Source: a bacterium
Lineage (GTDB): Bacteria > Patescibacteriota > Minisyncoccia > Moranbacterales > GWC2-37-73
NCBI GenBank assembly: GCA_003251635.1
Contig: QKEW01000012.1
Location: 53,333 to 117,332 of the forward strand
Length of the DNA stretch: 64,000 nucleotides
Direction of reading: 5' to 3'
Shown one piece after another: positions 40,171 through 48,450 of this stretch (its first letter is position 1; each line of letters starts with the position of its first letter). The translations under genes and the position numbers were made by a program. The notes beneath the pieces were generated by a model. It did not search any database. It saw nothing but the letters and a program-made list of their open reading frames with translations, and was not told where the DNA came from.

Positions 40171-40292
40171 CTTCAAATACCCTTTCTCCAGAAATTTTAG
40201 CCCCTCGCCTAAAAACCTAATTGTTAAGCTACTTTTTTTAAACTTCCCAAAACTTTAGCACAAAGTCTGAGAAAAATCAAGCTTGGGACACC

Positions 40293-40319
40293 AAAAAACG
40301 AGGGATTGCTCCCTCGTTT
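40293..40319 (-). terminator. intrinsic terminator after dnaK
   Basis: AAACGAGGGA-4nt-TCCCTCGTTT with T-run on the minus strand. Confidence 0.8.
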
Positions 40320-40351
40320 CTGGTCAGAAAATATTCAACTAAAAGTTCAAC

Positions 40352-42271
40352 TTATTTTTTCTCCTGATCGTCTTTTTTATCCTCTTCAACCTCGGCGTCT
40401 TTCGGTTTTTCTTCGCTGCCTTCGGTTTTCTTTTCTCCTTCAGCCCCAGCCGCCGGGCCTTGAGCTTCTTCACTGGCTTTATAGAGCTTTTCGCCAATCT
40501 TTTGCGCGACTGCACTCAAGCCTTCAGTCTTAGCCTTGATTTCTTCCAAGCTGTCGCCGTTTTTGACCTTGTTCAATTCTTCAATAGCTTCTTCAACCGG
40601 CTTTTTCTCTTCGGCGGTAATTTTATCCCCAGCATCCTTCAAAGCTTTTTCAGTGGTATAAACCAAAGTGTCCGCCATATTGCGCGCCTCGATCAATTCT
40701 TTCTTGCGCTTATCCTCTTCGGCATGCATTTCAGCTTCTTTGGTCATTCTTTCAATTTCCTCTTTGCTCACTCCAGAGGAAGCTTCAATCTTGATTGACT
40801 GTTCCTTGCCAGTCGCCTTATCTTTAGCAGTTACGTGCAAGATTCCGTTGGCATCAATATCAAAAGTCACTTCCACTTGCGGCACTCCGCGCGGAGCCGG
40901 TGGAATTCCATCCAACATAAACCTTCCCAAGGTTTTATTGTCAGTCGCCATCTCGCGTTCACCTTGAAGCACGTGAATTTCCACACTCGGTTGATTGTCA
41001 GCGGCGGTTGAGAAAATTTGCGATTTAGCGGTTGGCACAGTCGTGTTGCGGTCAATCAAAGGTGTACGAACCCCGCCCATAGTTTCGATTCCCAAAGTCA
41101 ATGGAGTCACATCCAAAAGCAACACATCCTTAACCGAACCTTCCAAAACTCCGCCTTGAATGGCTGCGCCCAAAGCCACGACTTCATCCGGATTAACTGT
41201 GATGTTTGGTTTTTTGCCAAAGAATTTTTCAACTGTTTGCAAAACCAAAGGCATTCTGGTCATTCCTCCCACCATCACTACTTCGTTGATTTTCTTAGCA
41301 TCCAATTTAGCATCCGCCAAAGCCTTCTTAACCGGTTCCAAAGTTTTTTCTACCAATTCACTCACCAATTCTTCCAATTTAGAGCGAGTCATTTTCATCA
41401 CTAAATGTTTCGGACCGCTGGCATCGGAAGTAATGAAGGGTTGGTTGATTTCCGTTTCCATGGAAGTTGAAAGTTCAATCTTAGCCTTTTCAGCTGCTTC
41501 TTTAATTCGTTGCAGCGCCAAAGGATCTTTGGATAAATCAATTCCCTCCTGTTTTTTGAATTCCTCCAAAATCCAACTGATGATTTTTTGATCAAAGTCG
41601 TCTCCACCCAAGTGCGTATCGCCATTGGTTGACTTCACTTCCACCGTATCATCGCCAACTTCCAAAATGGAAATATCAAAAGTTCCTCCTCCCAAATCAT
41701 AGACGGCAATTTTCTCATCTTTCTTCTTGTCAAAACCATAAGCCAAGGCGGCTGCTGTCGGCTCATTGATGATGCGACGCACTTTGAGTCCAGCAATTTC
41801 CCCAGCTTCTTTGGTAGCCTTTCGCTGTGAGTCATCAAAATAAGCTGGCACGGTGATCACGGCTTCTTCAATTTTTTCCCCCAATTTCTCTTCGGCATCC
41901 GCTTTAAGTTTTTGCAAAACCATGGCGGAAATTTCTCGTGGAGTATAGTCTTTGTCTCCCATGGTTACTTTCACTCCGCTTTCTGCTTTGACAATTTTGT
42001 AGGGTAAAATATCCAAATCCCTCTGTACTTCCGGATCCTCGAAACTTCTTCCAATCAAGCGCTTGATTGAATAAAGGGTGTTACCTGGATTGGTCACAGC
42101 TTGACGCTTGGCCAAAAGACCCACCAAACGCTCGTTGGTTTTGGAAATTGCCACCATTGAAGGTGTGGTACGATTTCCTTCTTTATTTTCGATAATTTCC
42201 GGTTTACCACCTGAGATCACCGCCATAGCACTGTTGGTTGTGCCCAAATCGATTCCTAAAATTTTTGCCAT
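40352..42271 (-). CDS. dnaK: molecular chaperone DnaK
   Basis: [38 protein letters not shown]; start at ATG 42271. Confidence 0.98.
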   Translation of the reverse strand: MAKILGIDLGTTNSAMAVISGGKPEIIENKEGNRTTPSMVAISKTNERLVGLLAKRQAVTNPGNTLYSIKRLIGRSFEDPEVQRDLDILPYKIVKAESGVKVTMGDKDYTPREISAMVLQKLKADAEEKLGEKIEEAVITVPAYFDDSQRKATKEAGEIAGLKVRRIINEPTAAALAYGFDKKKDEKIAVYDLGGGTFDISILEVGDDTVEVKSTNGDTHLGGDDFDQKIISWILEEFKKQEGIDLSKDPLALQRIKEAAEKAKIELSTSMETEINQPFITSDASGPKHLVMKMTRSKLEELVSELVEKTLEPVKKALADAKLDAKKINEVVMVGGMTRMPLVLQTVEKFFGKKPNITVNPDEVVALGAAIQGGVLEGSVKDVLLLDVTPLTLGIETMGGVRTPLIDRNTTVPTAKSQIFSTAADNQPSVEIHVLQGEREMATDNKTLGRFMLDGIPPAPRGVPQVEVTFDIDANGILHVTAKDKATGKEQSIKIEASSGVSKEEIERMTKEAEMHAEEDKRKKELIEARNMADTLVYTTEKALKDAGDKITAEEKKPVEEAIEELNKVKNGDSLEEIKAKTEGLSAVAQKIGEKLYKASEEAQGPAAGAEGEKKTEGSEEKPKDAEVEEDKKDDQEKK

Positions 42272-42362
42272 ATTATTTGCGAGAATTTTCATTTCATTTT
42301 GCCACAAAATGACATTCTCAAAATTAATTGTTTTTTATCTAAAAATTTATTATACTTAGATT

Positions 42363-42449
42363 AGTTATTTAGCTCTATCCGCTCTCTCAGCGCACGAACT
42401 GCCCGTGTGCTTTTCCGCCCCGTTGCCCACAAGGTGACGGGGAATTTTT
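42363..42449 (+). ncRNA. candidate small RNA antisense to the grpE-dnaK spacer
   Basis: TTGTTT-17-TATACT at 42328-42356; two hairpins whose G-U pairs form only on the + strand; short U-run at the end. Confidence 0.4.
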
Positions 42450-43008
42450 ATCCCACTATCACTTTTACCGGACGGATCACTTTCTCTCCAATCCGATACC
42501 CCTTTTGAATAATTTTTTTAATTTTATTTTCTAACTTATGAGCCTTATCCTCGTCATCATTTTTCTTGTCACTGCTTTCTTCCAAAGCTTCATGTAAATT
42601 CGGATCGAATTCATCTCCAATCCTAGCCTCAATTTCATTCACTCCGTTTTGCACCAAAACATCTTCCAATTGTTTTTGAATATACATAATTCCTTGCACC
42701 CAACCTCCACCCTGCTGATCCTCGGGCACATGCGCAGTCGCCGCATGAAAATTATCAATAACCGGAATAATTTGCAAAATCACGTTTTGAGCCGCATAGC
42801 GAATCAAGTCTTTTTGATTATCACTCTGGATTTTTTTGTAATTTTCAAAATCCGCCTGACATCTTTTCCAACCCTCCAAATATTCCTTGCTCTTCTTTTC
42901 CAATTCAGAAATCTCCTGACCCTGTTCAACCACAATTTCCTCTTCCACGTCTTTGAGATCTTTTGCCTCCTCTTTGGAATCTGTTTTTTTAAAAGGTTTC
43001 TTTTTCAT
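42448..43008 (-). CDS. grpE: nucleotide exchange factor GrpE
   Basis: QADFENYKK, FDPNLHEA, QKGY..VIRP.KV; between hrcA and dnaK. Confidence 0.95.
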   Translation of the reverse strand: MKKKPFKKTDSKEEAKDLKDVEEEIVVEQGQEISELEKKSKEYLEGWKRCQADFENYKKIQSDNQKDLIRYAAQNVILQIIPVIDNFHAATAHVPEDQQGGGWVQGIMYIQKQLEDVLVQNGVNEIEARIGDEFDPNLHEALEESSDKKNDDEDKAHKLENKIKKIIQKGYRIGEKVIRPVKVIVG

Positions 43009-43028
43009 ATTTATTATCAATTTAGTAC

Positions 43029-43769
43029 TTAAATAATATTTACAAAAATTATCATTACCATCGCTCCACCCAACATTTTGCGGACATATTCGATGATTGA
43101 TTTATTTTTGGCGTATTTCATCCTTTTCGGACCAATCAAAGCCAAAATCCCTTTTTCTCCATCTTTAGTTTGATAGGGCGAAACAATCATGGAACAATTG
43201 GAAATTTCTCCAATCGGATTTTCCTGACCAATATAAATTTTGGTTTCATTTTCTCCCAACTCTCCGATCAATTTATCAAATTTTTCATCAATATAATCCA
43301 GAGCTTCCACCAAACGACAAACTTCATCAATTTCTCGAAACTCCGGTTGCTCCATCAATTCCTTCATACCAAAATCAAAAAATTCATCTCGGCCTGAACC
43401 GCTAATGGCCAAATTACCGGATAGATGCGAAATCAATTTAGCCATGGTTCGAGTCAAGCGGGTGTTTTGAGCTTTGAGTTTCAGAAATTCTTTTTGCAGT
43501 TTTTGTTGTTCAACTCGCGACAGTTCTTTGTCGCCCATAATCTCCTCGACAAAATAACGATAACCCTTATCAGTTGGAATGCGTCCAGCGCTGATGTGTG
43601 GCTGGTAAAGAAAACCTTCTTCTTCCAACTCAGACATATCGGCTCGGATAGTGGCACTGCTAACGCCAAAATCATAATTCTCGACCAAAAAAGCTGAACC
43701 AACCGGTACTGCATTTTTGGTGTATTCCTCAATCACCGCCGCTAAAATTTTTTCTTGTCGAGTATTCAT
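43029..43769 (-). CDS. hrcA: heat-inducible transcription repressor HrcA (short form)
   Basis: VSSATIRADM, QPHISAGRIPTDKGYR, IGQEN, IGPKRMKY; CIRCE upstream. Confidence 0.95.
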   Translation of the reverse strand: MNTRQEKILAAVIEEYTKNAVPVGSAFLVENYDFGVSSATIRADMSELEEEGFLYQPHISAGRIPTDKGYRYFVEEIMGDKELSRVEQQKLQKEFLKLKAQNTRLTRTMAKLISHLSGNLAISGSGRDEFFDFGMKELMEQPEFREIDEVCRLVEALDYIDEKFDKLIGELGENETKIYIGQENPIGEISNCSMIVSPYQTKDGEKGILALIGPKRMKYAKNKSIIEYVRKMLGGAMVMIIFVNII

Positions 43770-43786
43770 AAATTTAGTTCAATTTC

Positions 43787-43815
43787 ATTATAATTCATCC
43801 ATTAGCACTCGTCAA
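43787..43815 (-). promoter_or_regulatory. sigma70 promoter of hrcA-grpE-dnaK
   Basis: TTGACG-17 bp-TATAAT on the minus strand; the -35 lies inside the CIRCE. Confidence 0.85.
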
Positions 43816-43828
43816 GTGCGAGTGCTAA
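43802..43828. promoter_or_regulatory. CIRCE element (perfect consensus)
   Basis: TTAGCACTC-GTCAAGTGC-GAGTGCTAA. Confidence 0.97.
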
Positions 43829-43846
43829 TTGGGAAAACAAGGCATG

Positions 43847-43883
43847 AAAAAACCGCCCTAGATTAAACTTCGATCTAGGGCGG
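43847..43883 (-). terminator. intrinsic terminator
   Basis: CCGCCCTAGAT...ATCTAGGGCGG with T6 on the minus strand; separates the small ORFs from hrcA. Confidence 0.8.
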
Positions 43884-43909
43884 CTTATAAAATATACAAT
43901 ACCCCTTAT

Positions 43910-44074
43910 CTATACAACTATGGTTTCATGTTCCAGAAAATGACAATTTGTGCATCCGTCACAATCTTCCGGATGCTTTTCCAAAACTTCCATTGCTAAC
44001 GACAGAGGCATTTCTGCCTCTAGTTGTTGACAATGTACCGTTTTCTCAACAACCCCGCCATCAACTACACACAT
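43910..44074 (-). CDS. 54-aa Cys-rich microprotein (CxxCxxC)
   Basis: AAGGAG SD; manual translation MCVVDGGVVEKTVHCQQLEAEMPLSLAMEVLEKHPEDCDGCTNCHFLEHETIVV. Confidence 0.55.
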   Translation of the reverse strand: MCVVDGGVVEKTVHCQQLEAEMPLSLAMEVLEKHPEDCDGCTNCHFLEHETIVV

Positions 44075-44088
44075 CAGCACATCTCCTT

Positions 44089-44220
44089 TTATGTGAGACG
44101 CAAGTAGCCCCGGCAGTTAACACAATGCTTTGTGGTTCCGGTGCATTCCGTATTGCCAGAACCACCTACGCACGGGACAAGATTAGTGACCGCCTTCTTA
44201 AATTCTTTCCTTTTTGCCAT
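44089..44220 (-). CDS. 43-aa Cys-rich microprotein
   Basis: GGAG SD; manual translation MAKRKEFKKAVTNLVPCVGGSGNTECTGTTKHCVNCRGYLRLT. Confidence 0.55.
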   Translation of the reverse strand: MAKRKEFKKAVTNLVPCVGGSGNTECTGTTKHCVNCRGYLRLT

Positions 44221-44287
44221 GTTCTTTTCTCCAATCTCTTGAGAGTTTAGAAAAATCGCCACAATATAAATGGCGGGCGAAAATATC

Positions 44288-44494
44288 TCAAAAAAAGTTT
44301 CTCACTTTCCTGTGGGAACAATTATTGCAACCATTGAGCTGAATTACTTTGTCATTTTTTGCAAGCGAGATCCACTTATCATATCTTCGCTTGCAAGTTG
44401 CATCGTTATATTTGACTTTTTCATCCAAATAACATTTTTTCTTTATTTGATTAGCTCCATGGGGTTTCTTGTTTTTTTTGAAATAGCTTGACAT
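44288..44494 (-). CDS. basic Cys-containing small protein (start uncertain)
   Basis: MSSYFKK...CYLDE...TCKRR...GCNNCSH; GGAGG upstream but spacing is long; hairpin downstream. Confidence 0.45.
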   Translation of the reverse strand: MSSYFKKNKKPHGANQIKKKCYLDEKVKYNDATCKRRYDKWISLAKNDKVIQLNGCNNCSHRKVRNFF

Positions 44495-44635
44495 ACCTGA
44501 TGCATCATCACCTCCACACACAAAAAAGGTTAAAAAGATTTATCAGAAAAACAAATAATGCCTTCCATATTCTAAATTTTTAAAGATCCAACCACTATCT
44601 TTAAAAAATAACTTTCAACTAAAATTTTTTCTTTT

Positions 44636-44881
44636 TTACTTTTTTGGTACCGGATCATAACCACCCTCATTCCAAGGATGACAGCGTAACACTCGCTTAC
44701 TGCCCAATCTTAAACCTTTCCAAACCCCAAACCGTTCCACTGCTTCAAAAGTGTATTGTGAACAGGTTGGATGAAAACGACAAACTCGCGTCGGCCAAAT
44801 TTTTGATAGCCAACCCGAGTCCAGAGAAAGGGTTTTTTGATAGAGCTTGATCAACAACAAAACAATCTTTCGTAACTTCAT
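44636..44881 (-). CDS. yidD: membrane protein insertion efficiency factor YidD
   Basis: [31 protein letters not shown]. Confidence 0.95.
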   Translation of the reverse strand: MKLRKIVLLLIKLYQKTLSLDSGWLSKIWPTRVCRFHPTCSQYTFEAVERFGVWKGLRLGSKRVLRCHPWNEGGYDPVPKK

Positions 44882-44979
44882 ATTATCTTAAAGATTAAAC
44901 CTTTTTTCTCACTTTGTCAACCAGGCTTTTCGTTGTATAATAAAGAGGATCCCAAACACAAAAACCTTAATACAATCTC

Positions 44980-45888
44980 ATGAAAAGAATCCAGTTTGAA
45001 AACCTGACCTGGCTCAACTTTGAAAATCCCTCGGCCGACAACATCGTCTATCTGCAAGAAAATTTCAAAATTCATCCATTGGCCATCGATGAATTCATTA
45101 CCCCAACCATTCGACCGCGGGCCACTCAATACAAAAATTGTCTTTTTTTGACTGTGCACATCCCACTTTTTGATACCAAAACCCGAACCACCTACCCGGG
45201 AGAATTGGATATCGTGCTGACCAAAGATCATCTAATCACGGGACACAAAGAAAAAATTCACCAATTGACTGATTTTTTCAGGGATCTAGCTGAGAGTCCC
45301 AAGCTGCAAAAAAAGCACATGGCCAAAAGTCCGGCTCATCTTTTGCATCAAATTCTTTCAATTTTGCTTGATAGTTGTTTTCCCCGTCTTGATCATATCC
45401 ATGAAAATCTTTTGGAAATTGAAACTCAGGTTTTCAATGGCCAAGAAAAAGAAATGGTTTTTGAAATTTCAGTGGTTAAAAGAGATATCCTCAATTTTCG
45501 TCGCACCCTCAAACCTCAGCGTTCAGTTTTGGAATCTCTGACTCAAAAAGACATGCCTTTTGTTCCGGAAGACATCAAGCCTTATTTTTTCGATCTGATC
45601 GGTACCAACATTCGTCTTTGGAATTCATTGGAATCCAACAAGGAAACCATTGAATCTTTGGAAGAGACCAACAATTCACTGCTTTCCAACAAGCTGAACT
45701 TGACCATGAAAGTTTTGACCATTTTTTCAGCCATCATGCTTCCCATGACTGTTTATTCCAACGTCCTGGCCATGAGCGCCGACATTCCGTTTGGTAAAAA
45801 TCCCTACGGTTTTTGGATCCACATGGTTATCATGGGCATCATCTCCCTCTTCACAATTTCAGTTTTCAAAGCTAGGAAGTGGTTTTAG
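44980..45888 (+). CDS. corA: CorA family divalent cation transporter (GMN motif replaced by AMS)
   Basis: TWLNF, IHPLAIDE, N..MKVLTIFSAIMLP, two C-terminal TMs. Confidence 0.85.
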   Translation: MKRIQFENLTWLNFENPSADNIVYLQENFKIHPLAIDEFITPTIRPRATQYKNCLFLTVHIPLFDTKTRTTYPGELDIVLTKDHLITGHKEKIHQLTDFFRDLAESPKLQKKHMAKSPAHLLHQILSILLDSCFPRLDHIHENLLEIETQVFNGQEKEMVFEISVVKRDILNFRRTLKPQRSVLESLTQKDMPFVPEDIKPYFFDLIGTNIRLWNSLESNKETIESLEETNNSLLSNKLNLTMKVLTIFSAIMLPMTVYSNVLAMSADIPFGKNPYGFWIHMVIMGIISLFTISVFKARKWF

Positions 45889-45906
45889 GCATTTTTTTAT
45901 TTAAAT

Positions 45907-45943
45907 AAAAAGAGACGATGCGCAGAATCATCCACGCACCGCC
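45907..45943 (-). terminator. intrinsic terminator
   Basis: Minus strand GGCGGTGCGTGGA-TGAT-TCTGCGCATCGTC (13 bp with G-U pairs) then TCTTTTT. Confidence 0.75.
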
Positions 45944-45995
45944 TGAAATTTCATTTATTTCCAGGCTCTTCCTCATCTACAAAAGATACCCGAAT

Positions 45996-46046
45996 TCATC
46001 TTTCACCCTCGCCATTTTTTGCTTTTAAATAATCAACGATTTTCAT
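45996..46046 (-). CDS. 16-aa small ORF (possibly a remnant or part of an sRNA)
   Basis: TAAGGAGG SD before ATG 46046; MKIVDYLKAKNGEGER. Confidence 0.35.
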   Translation of the reverse strand: MKIVDYLKAKNGEGER

Positions 46047-46131
46047 AAAAATCCTCCTTAATTCCTTGATGTTGATTATTAACATATCTATTATCTATTC
46101 CGTATTTTTGCCACAACCATTGTGACTTTGT

Positions 46132-46160
46132 ATCATACACCATTTTTCCGAATTTGTCAA
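46132..46160 (-). promoter_or_regulatory. sigma70 promoter
   Basis: TTGACA-17 bp-TATGAT on the minus strand. Confidence 0.75.
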
Positions 46161-46221
46161 TAGCTTGACGGAAAAATGGCTTAAAAAAAAGAACGTTTTG
46201 GTCATTGCCAACGTTCCTTTT

Positions 46222-46512
46222 TCAATAAATTTTAATTTTTTTGTCTTTAAAAATTTTTGACTCTGACATTTTATGCAAAGCCATGCGCGCATCCGGAAAA
46301 GAGTGGAAAACCCCCAGTCGAATTATACCGTTTTTAGATTTCAAACAGGCAAAATAATGCCTTTTCACTATTCCCAATTGCATCTTATCCAACATTCCAT
46401 CCAAGCACCAAACAACAAAGATTTTTTCCGATCCAGAGAAGCAACTAACGATCCGAACTGGAAATATTTCAGCCTCGCCCCTGACGTCTCTCAAAAAATT
46501 TTCAATATCCAT
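46222..46512 (-). CDS. hypothetical protein
   Basis: AGGAGAGG before ATG 46512; 96 aa; no family recognised. Confidence 0.5.
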   Translation of the reverse strand: MDIENFLRDVRGEAEIFPVRIVSCFSGSEKIFVVWCLDGMLDKMQLGIVKRHYFACLKSKNGIIRLGVFHSFPDARMALHKMSESKIFKDKKIKIY

Positions 46513-46683
46513 CAAAACCTCTCCTCTTATATCTTTTCTATTTAGAATTTGATATTTCCAAGTAATTCGCCCACCTCTCCTGATTTTGTAAAATTTCAGC
46601 CTCTGCCCCATTTTTAGCTGAGCATTTTCAAGCCACTGATTCTATGCTAGCATAAAGTTGGAATATCCGAAATAAACGTCCCT

Positions 46684-48111
46684 ATGCTAAAGTTATATAA
46701 CACTCTTACCAAACAAAAAGAAGTTTTCGAACCGCTCAATCCCGGCAAAGTTTCCATGTATGTTTGCGGACCGACAGTCTACGATTTTGTTCACATTGGC
46801 AACATTCGATCCTATCTTTTTTCCGACACTCTCCGGCGCTATCTGGCCTATCTCGGCTTTGAAGTCAAAATGATCAAAAACATCACCGACGTTGGGCACC
46901 TAACCGAAGATTCCCAGGGTCAAGGTGACAGCGGCGAAGATAAAATTACCCGCAAAGCTCAAGCCGAAAAAAAGACGCCAGAAGAAATCGCCCGTTTTTT
47001 TGAAAAAGATTTTCATCAAGTCGAAGAAAAAATGAACATTCTGCCAGCCCAATACTTTCCTCGCGCCACCGCCCACATTGACCAGATGATTAAAATTGTC
47101 GAAAAACTTTTGGAAAAAGGTCATGCCTATAAAAAAAATGGCAATGTTTTTTTTGACGTAACCAGCTTTCCCGATTATGGACAACTTTCCGGCAACACTT
47201 TGGAAAATCTCAAGGTCGGCGCCCGCGTCGAAGAACACCCGGACAAGAAAAATCCTTGGGATTTCGCCCTCTGGATCAAAGCTCCCAAAGAACATATTTT
47301 GAAATGGTCATCACCTTGGTCGATCGGCTATCCCGGTTGGCACATTGAATGCTCGGCCATGAGTACTGAATATCTGGGCAGCACCATCGACATTCACACT
47401 GGCGGCGAAGATAACATTTTTCCTCATCACGAAGCTGAGATCGCCCAAACCCAGTGTTACAGCGGTCAAAAATTCGTCCACTATTGGCTCCACGCCCGTC
47501 ACCTTTTGATGAACGGCGAAAAGATGAGCAAATCCAAGGGTAATCTTTTTACCTTACCAGATATTATCAAAAAAGGATTCTCTCCAATGGATCTTCGCAT
47601 GCTTTTTCTCTCTTCGCACTATCGCTCACCTTTGGATTTTTCCTGGGAAGCTTTGGAACAAGCCAAAAAGAATTTGCAAAAAATCAATGATTTCGTTTTG
47701 GAATTGGAAATCGTGGCCAAACAAAAAAAATCCGGCCAGGATCCGAATTTGGAAAATTTCGGCACTGAAATTGAAAAAGCTCTGAATGATGATCTCAATA
47801 CTCCGTTGGCCCTGAGTTTCCTTTATTCACTAATCAGTGAAACCCACAAACTTTTATCCAATAATTCTCTCTCGTCTCAAAGTGCTCAAGAAATTTTGAG
47901 TTTTTGGCAAAAAATAAATTTGGTTTTTGGTTTTATTTTGCAAGGCCAAGCTCAAATCCCCAAAGAAATTCAACAAATCGCAGAGGATAGACAAAAAGCT
48001 CGCCAACAAAAAGATTTTCAAAAATCTGATCAGCTCCGCGATCTCTTGGAGCAAAAAGGTTTCCTAATTGAAGATTCCGGCGAAGGCTACAAAATCCGCA
48101 GCAAAAAATAA
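46684..48111 (+). CDS. cysS: cysteine--tRNA ligase
   Basis: YVCGPTVY, HIGN, PGWHIECS, FPHHE, KMSKS. Confidence 0.98.
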   Translation: MLKLYNTLTKQKEVFEPLNPGKVSMYVCGPTVYDFVHIGNIRSYLFSDTLRRYLAYLGFEVKMIKNITDVGHLTEDSQGQGDSGEDKITRKAQAEKKTPEEIARFFEKDFHQVEEKMNILPAQYFPRATAHIDQMIKIVEKLLEKGHAYKKNGNVFFDVTSFPDYGQLSGNTLENLKVGARVEEHPDKKNPWDFALWIKAPKEHILKWSSPWSIGYPGWHIECSAMSTEYLGSTIDIHTGGEDNIFPHHEAEIAQTQCYSGQKFVHYWLHARHLLMNGEKMSKSKGNLFTLPDIIKKGFSPMDLRMLFLSSHYRSPLDFSWEALEQAKKNLQKINDFVLELEIVAKQKKSGQDPNLENFGTEIEKALNDDLNTPLALSFLYSLISETHKLLSNNSLSSQSAQEILSFWQKINLVFGFILQGQAQIPKEIQQIAEDRQKARQQKDFQKSDQLRDLLEQKGFLIEDSGEGYKIRSKK

Positions 48112-48121
48112 TTTTTATTTT

Positions 48122-48167
48122 CGTACGTACGCTTGTCCGTACGGTCGTACTGACTAACGTACGTACG
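48122..48167. repeat. CGTACG-rich imperfect palindrome
   Basis: CGTACGTACG-CTTGTC-CGTACG-GT-CGTACT-GACTAA-CGTACGTACG, flanked by T-runs. Confidence 0.7.
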
Positions 48168-48238
48168 TTTTTTATTTTTCAGATATAGCAAACCCCCCGT
48201 CCGACTTTCCGAACGAGGGATTTATAGTATAAATGGCA

Positions 48239-48268
48239 AAGGGTCTTTGATTTTAATCAAAGACCCTT
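48239..48268. terminator. perfect 14-bp inverted repeat, probable terminator
   Basis: AAGGGTCTTTGATT-TT-AATCAAAGACCCTT between convergent units. Confidence 0.55.
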
Positions 48269-48294
48269 CATTTTATGCTTGTCGTTTTCTTATT

Positions 48295-48420
48295 TTATTT
48301 TTTTATTTTTTTGTGGAATATTAGACCGGTTGGAACAAAAATATCCAACACTAAAAGAAAAATTCCCAAATAGCAAAAACCCTTGACTACCATCCAGCCC
48401 AATGCAACCCAGTCAGTCAT
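48295..48420 (-). CDS. 41-aa single-TM small protein
   Basis: AAGGAG SD; manual translation MTDWVALGWMVVKGFCYLGIFLLVLDIFVPTGLIFHKKIKK. Confidence 0.55.
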   Translation of the reverse strand: MTDWVALGWMVVKGFCYLGIFLLVLDIFVPTGLIFHKKIKK

Positions 48421-48450
48421 GTTCCAATCTCCTTCTTTTTCCCTTATCGT

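Noticed and set aside
42371-42445. TPP riboswitch or hammerhead ribozyme on the minus strand (GCUGAGA present)
   Set aside because: Other conserved elements (CUGAU...GGGA, or CUGANGA with GAAA) are missing, and wobble pairs favour the + strand.
43029-43769. HrcA at 246 aa as a truncated pseudogene
   Set aside because: Both the N-terminal HTH and the C-terminal GPKRM.Y motif are present and two CIRCE sites are maintained; an internally shortened but probably functional form.
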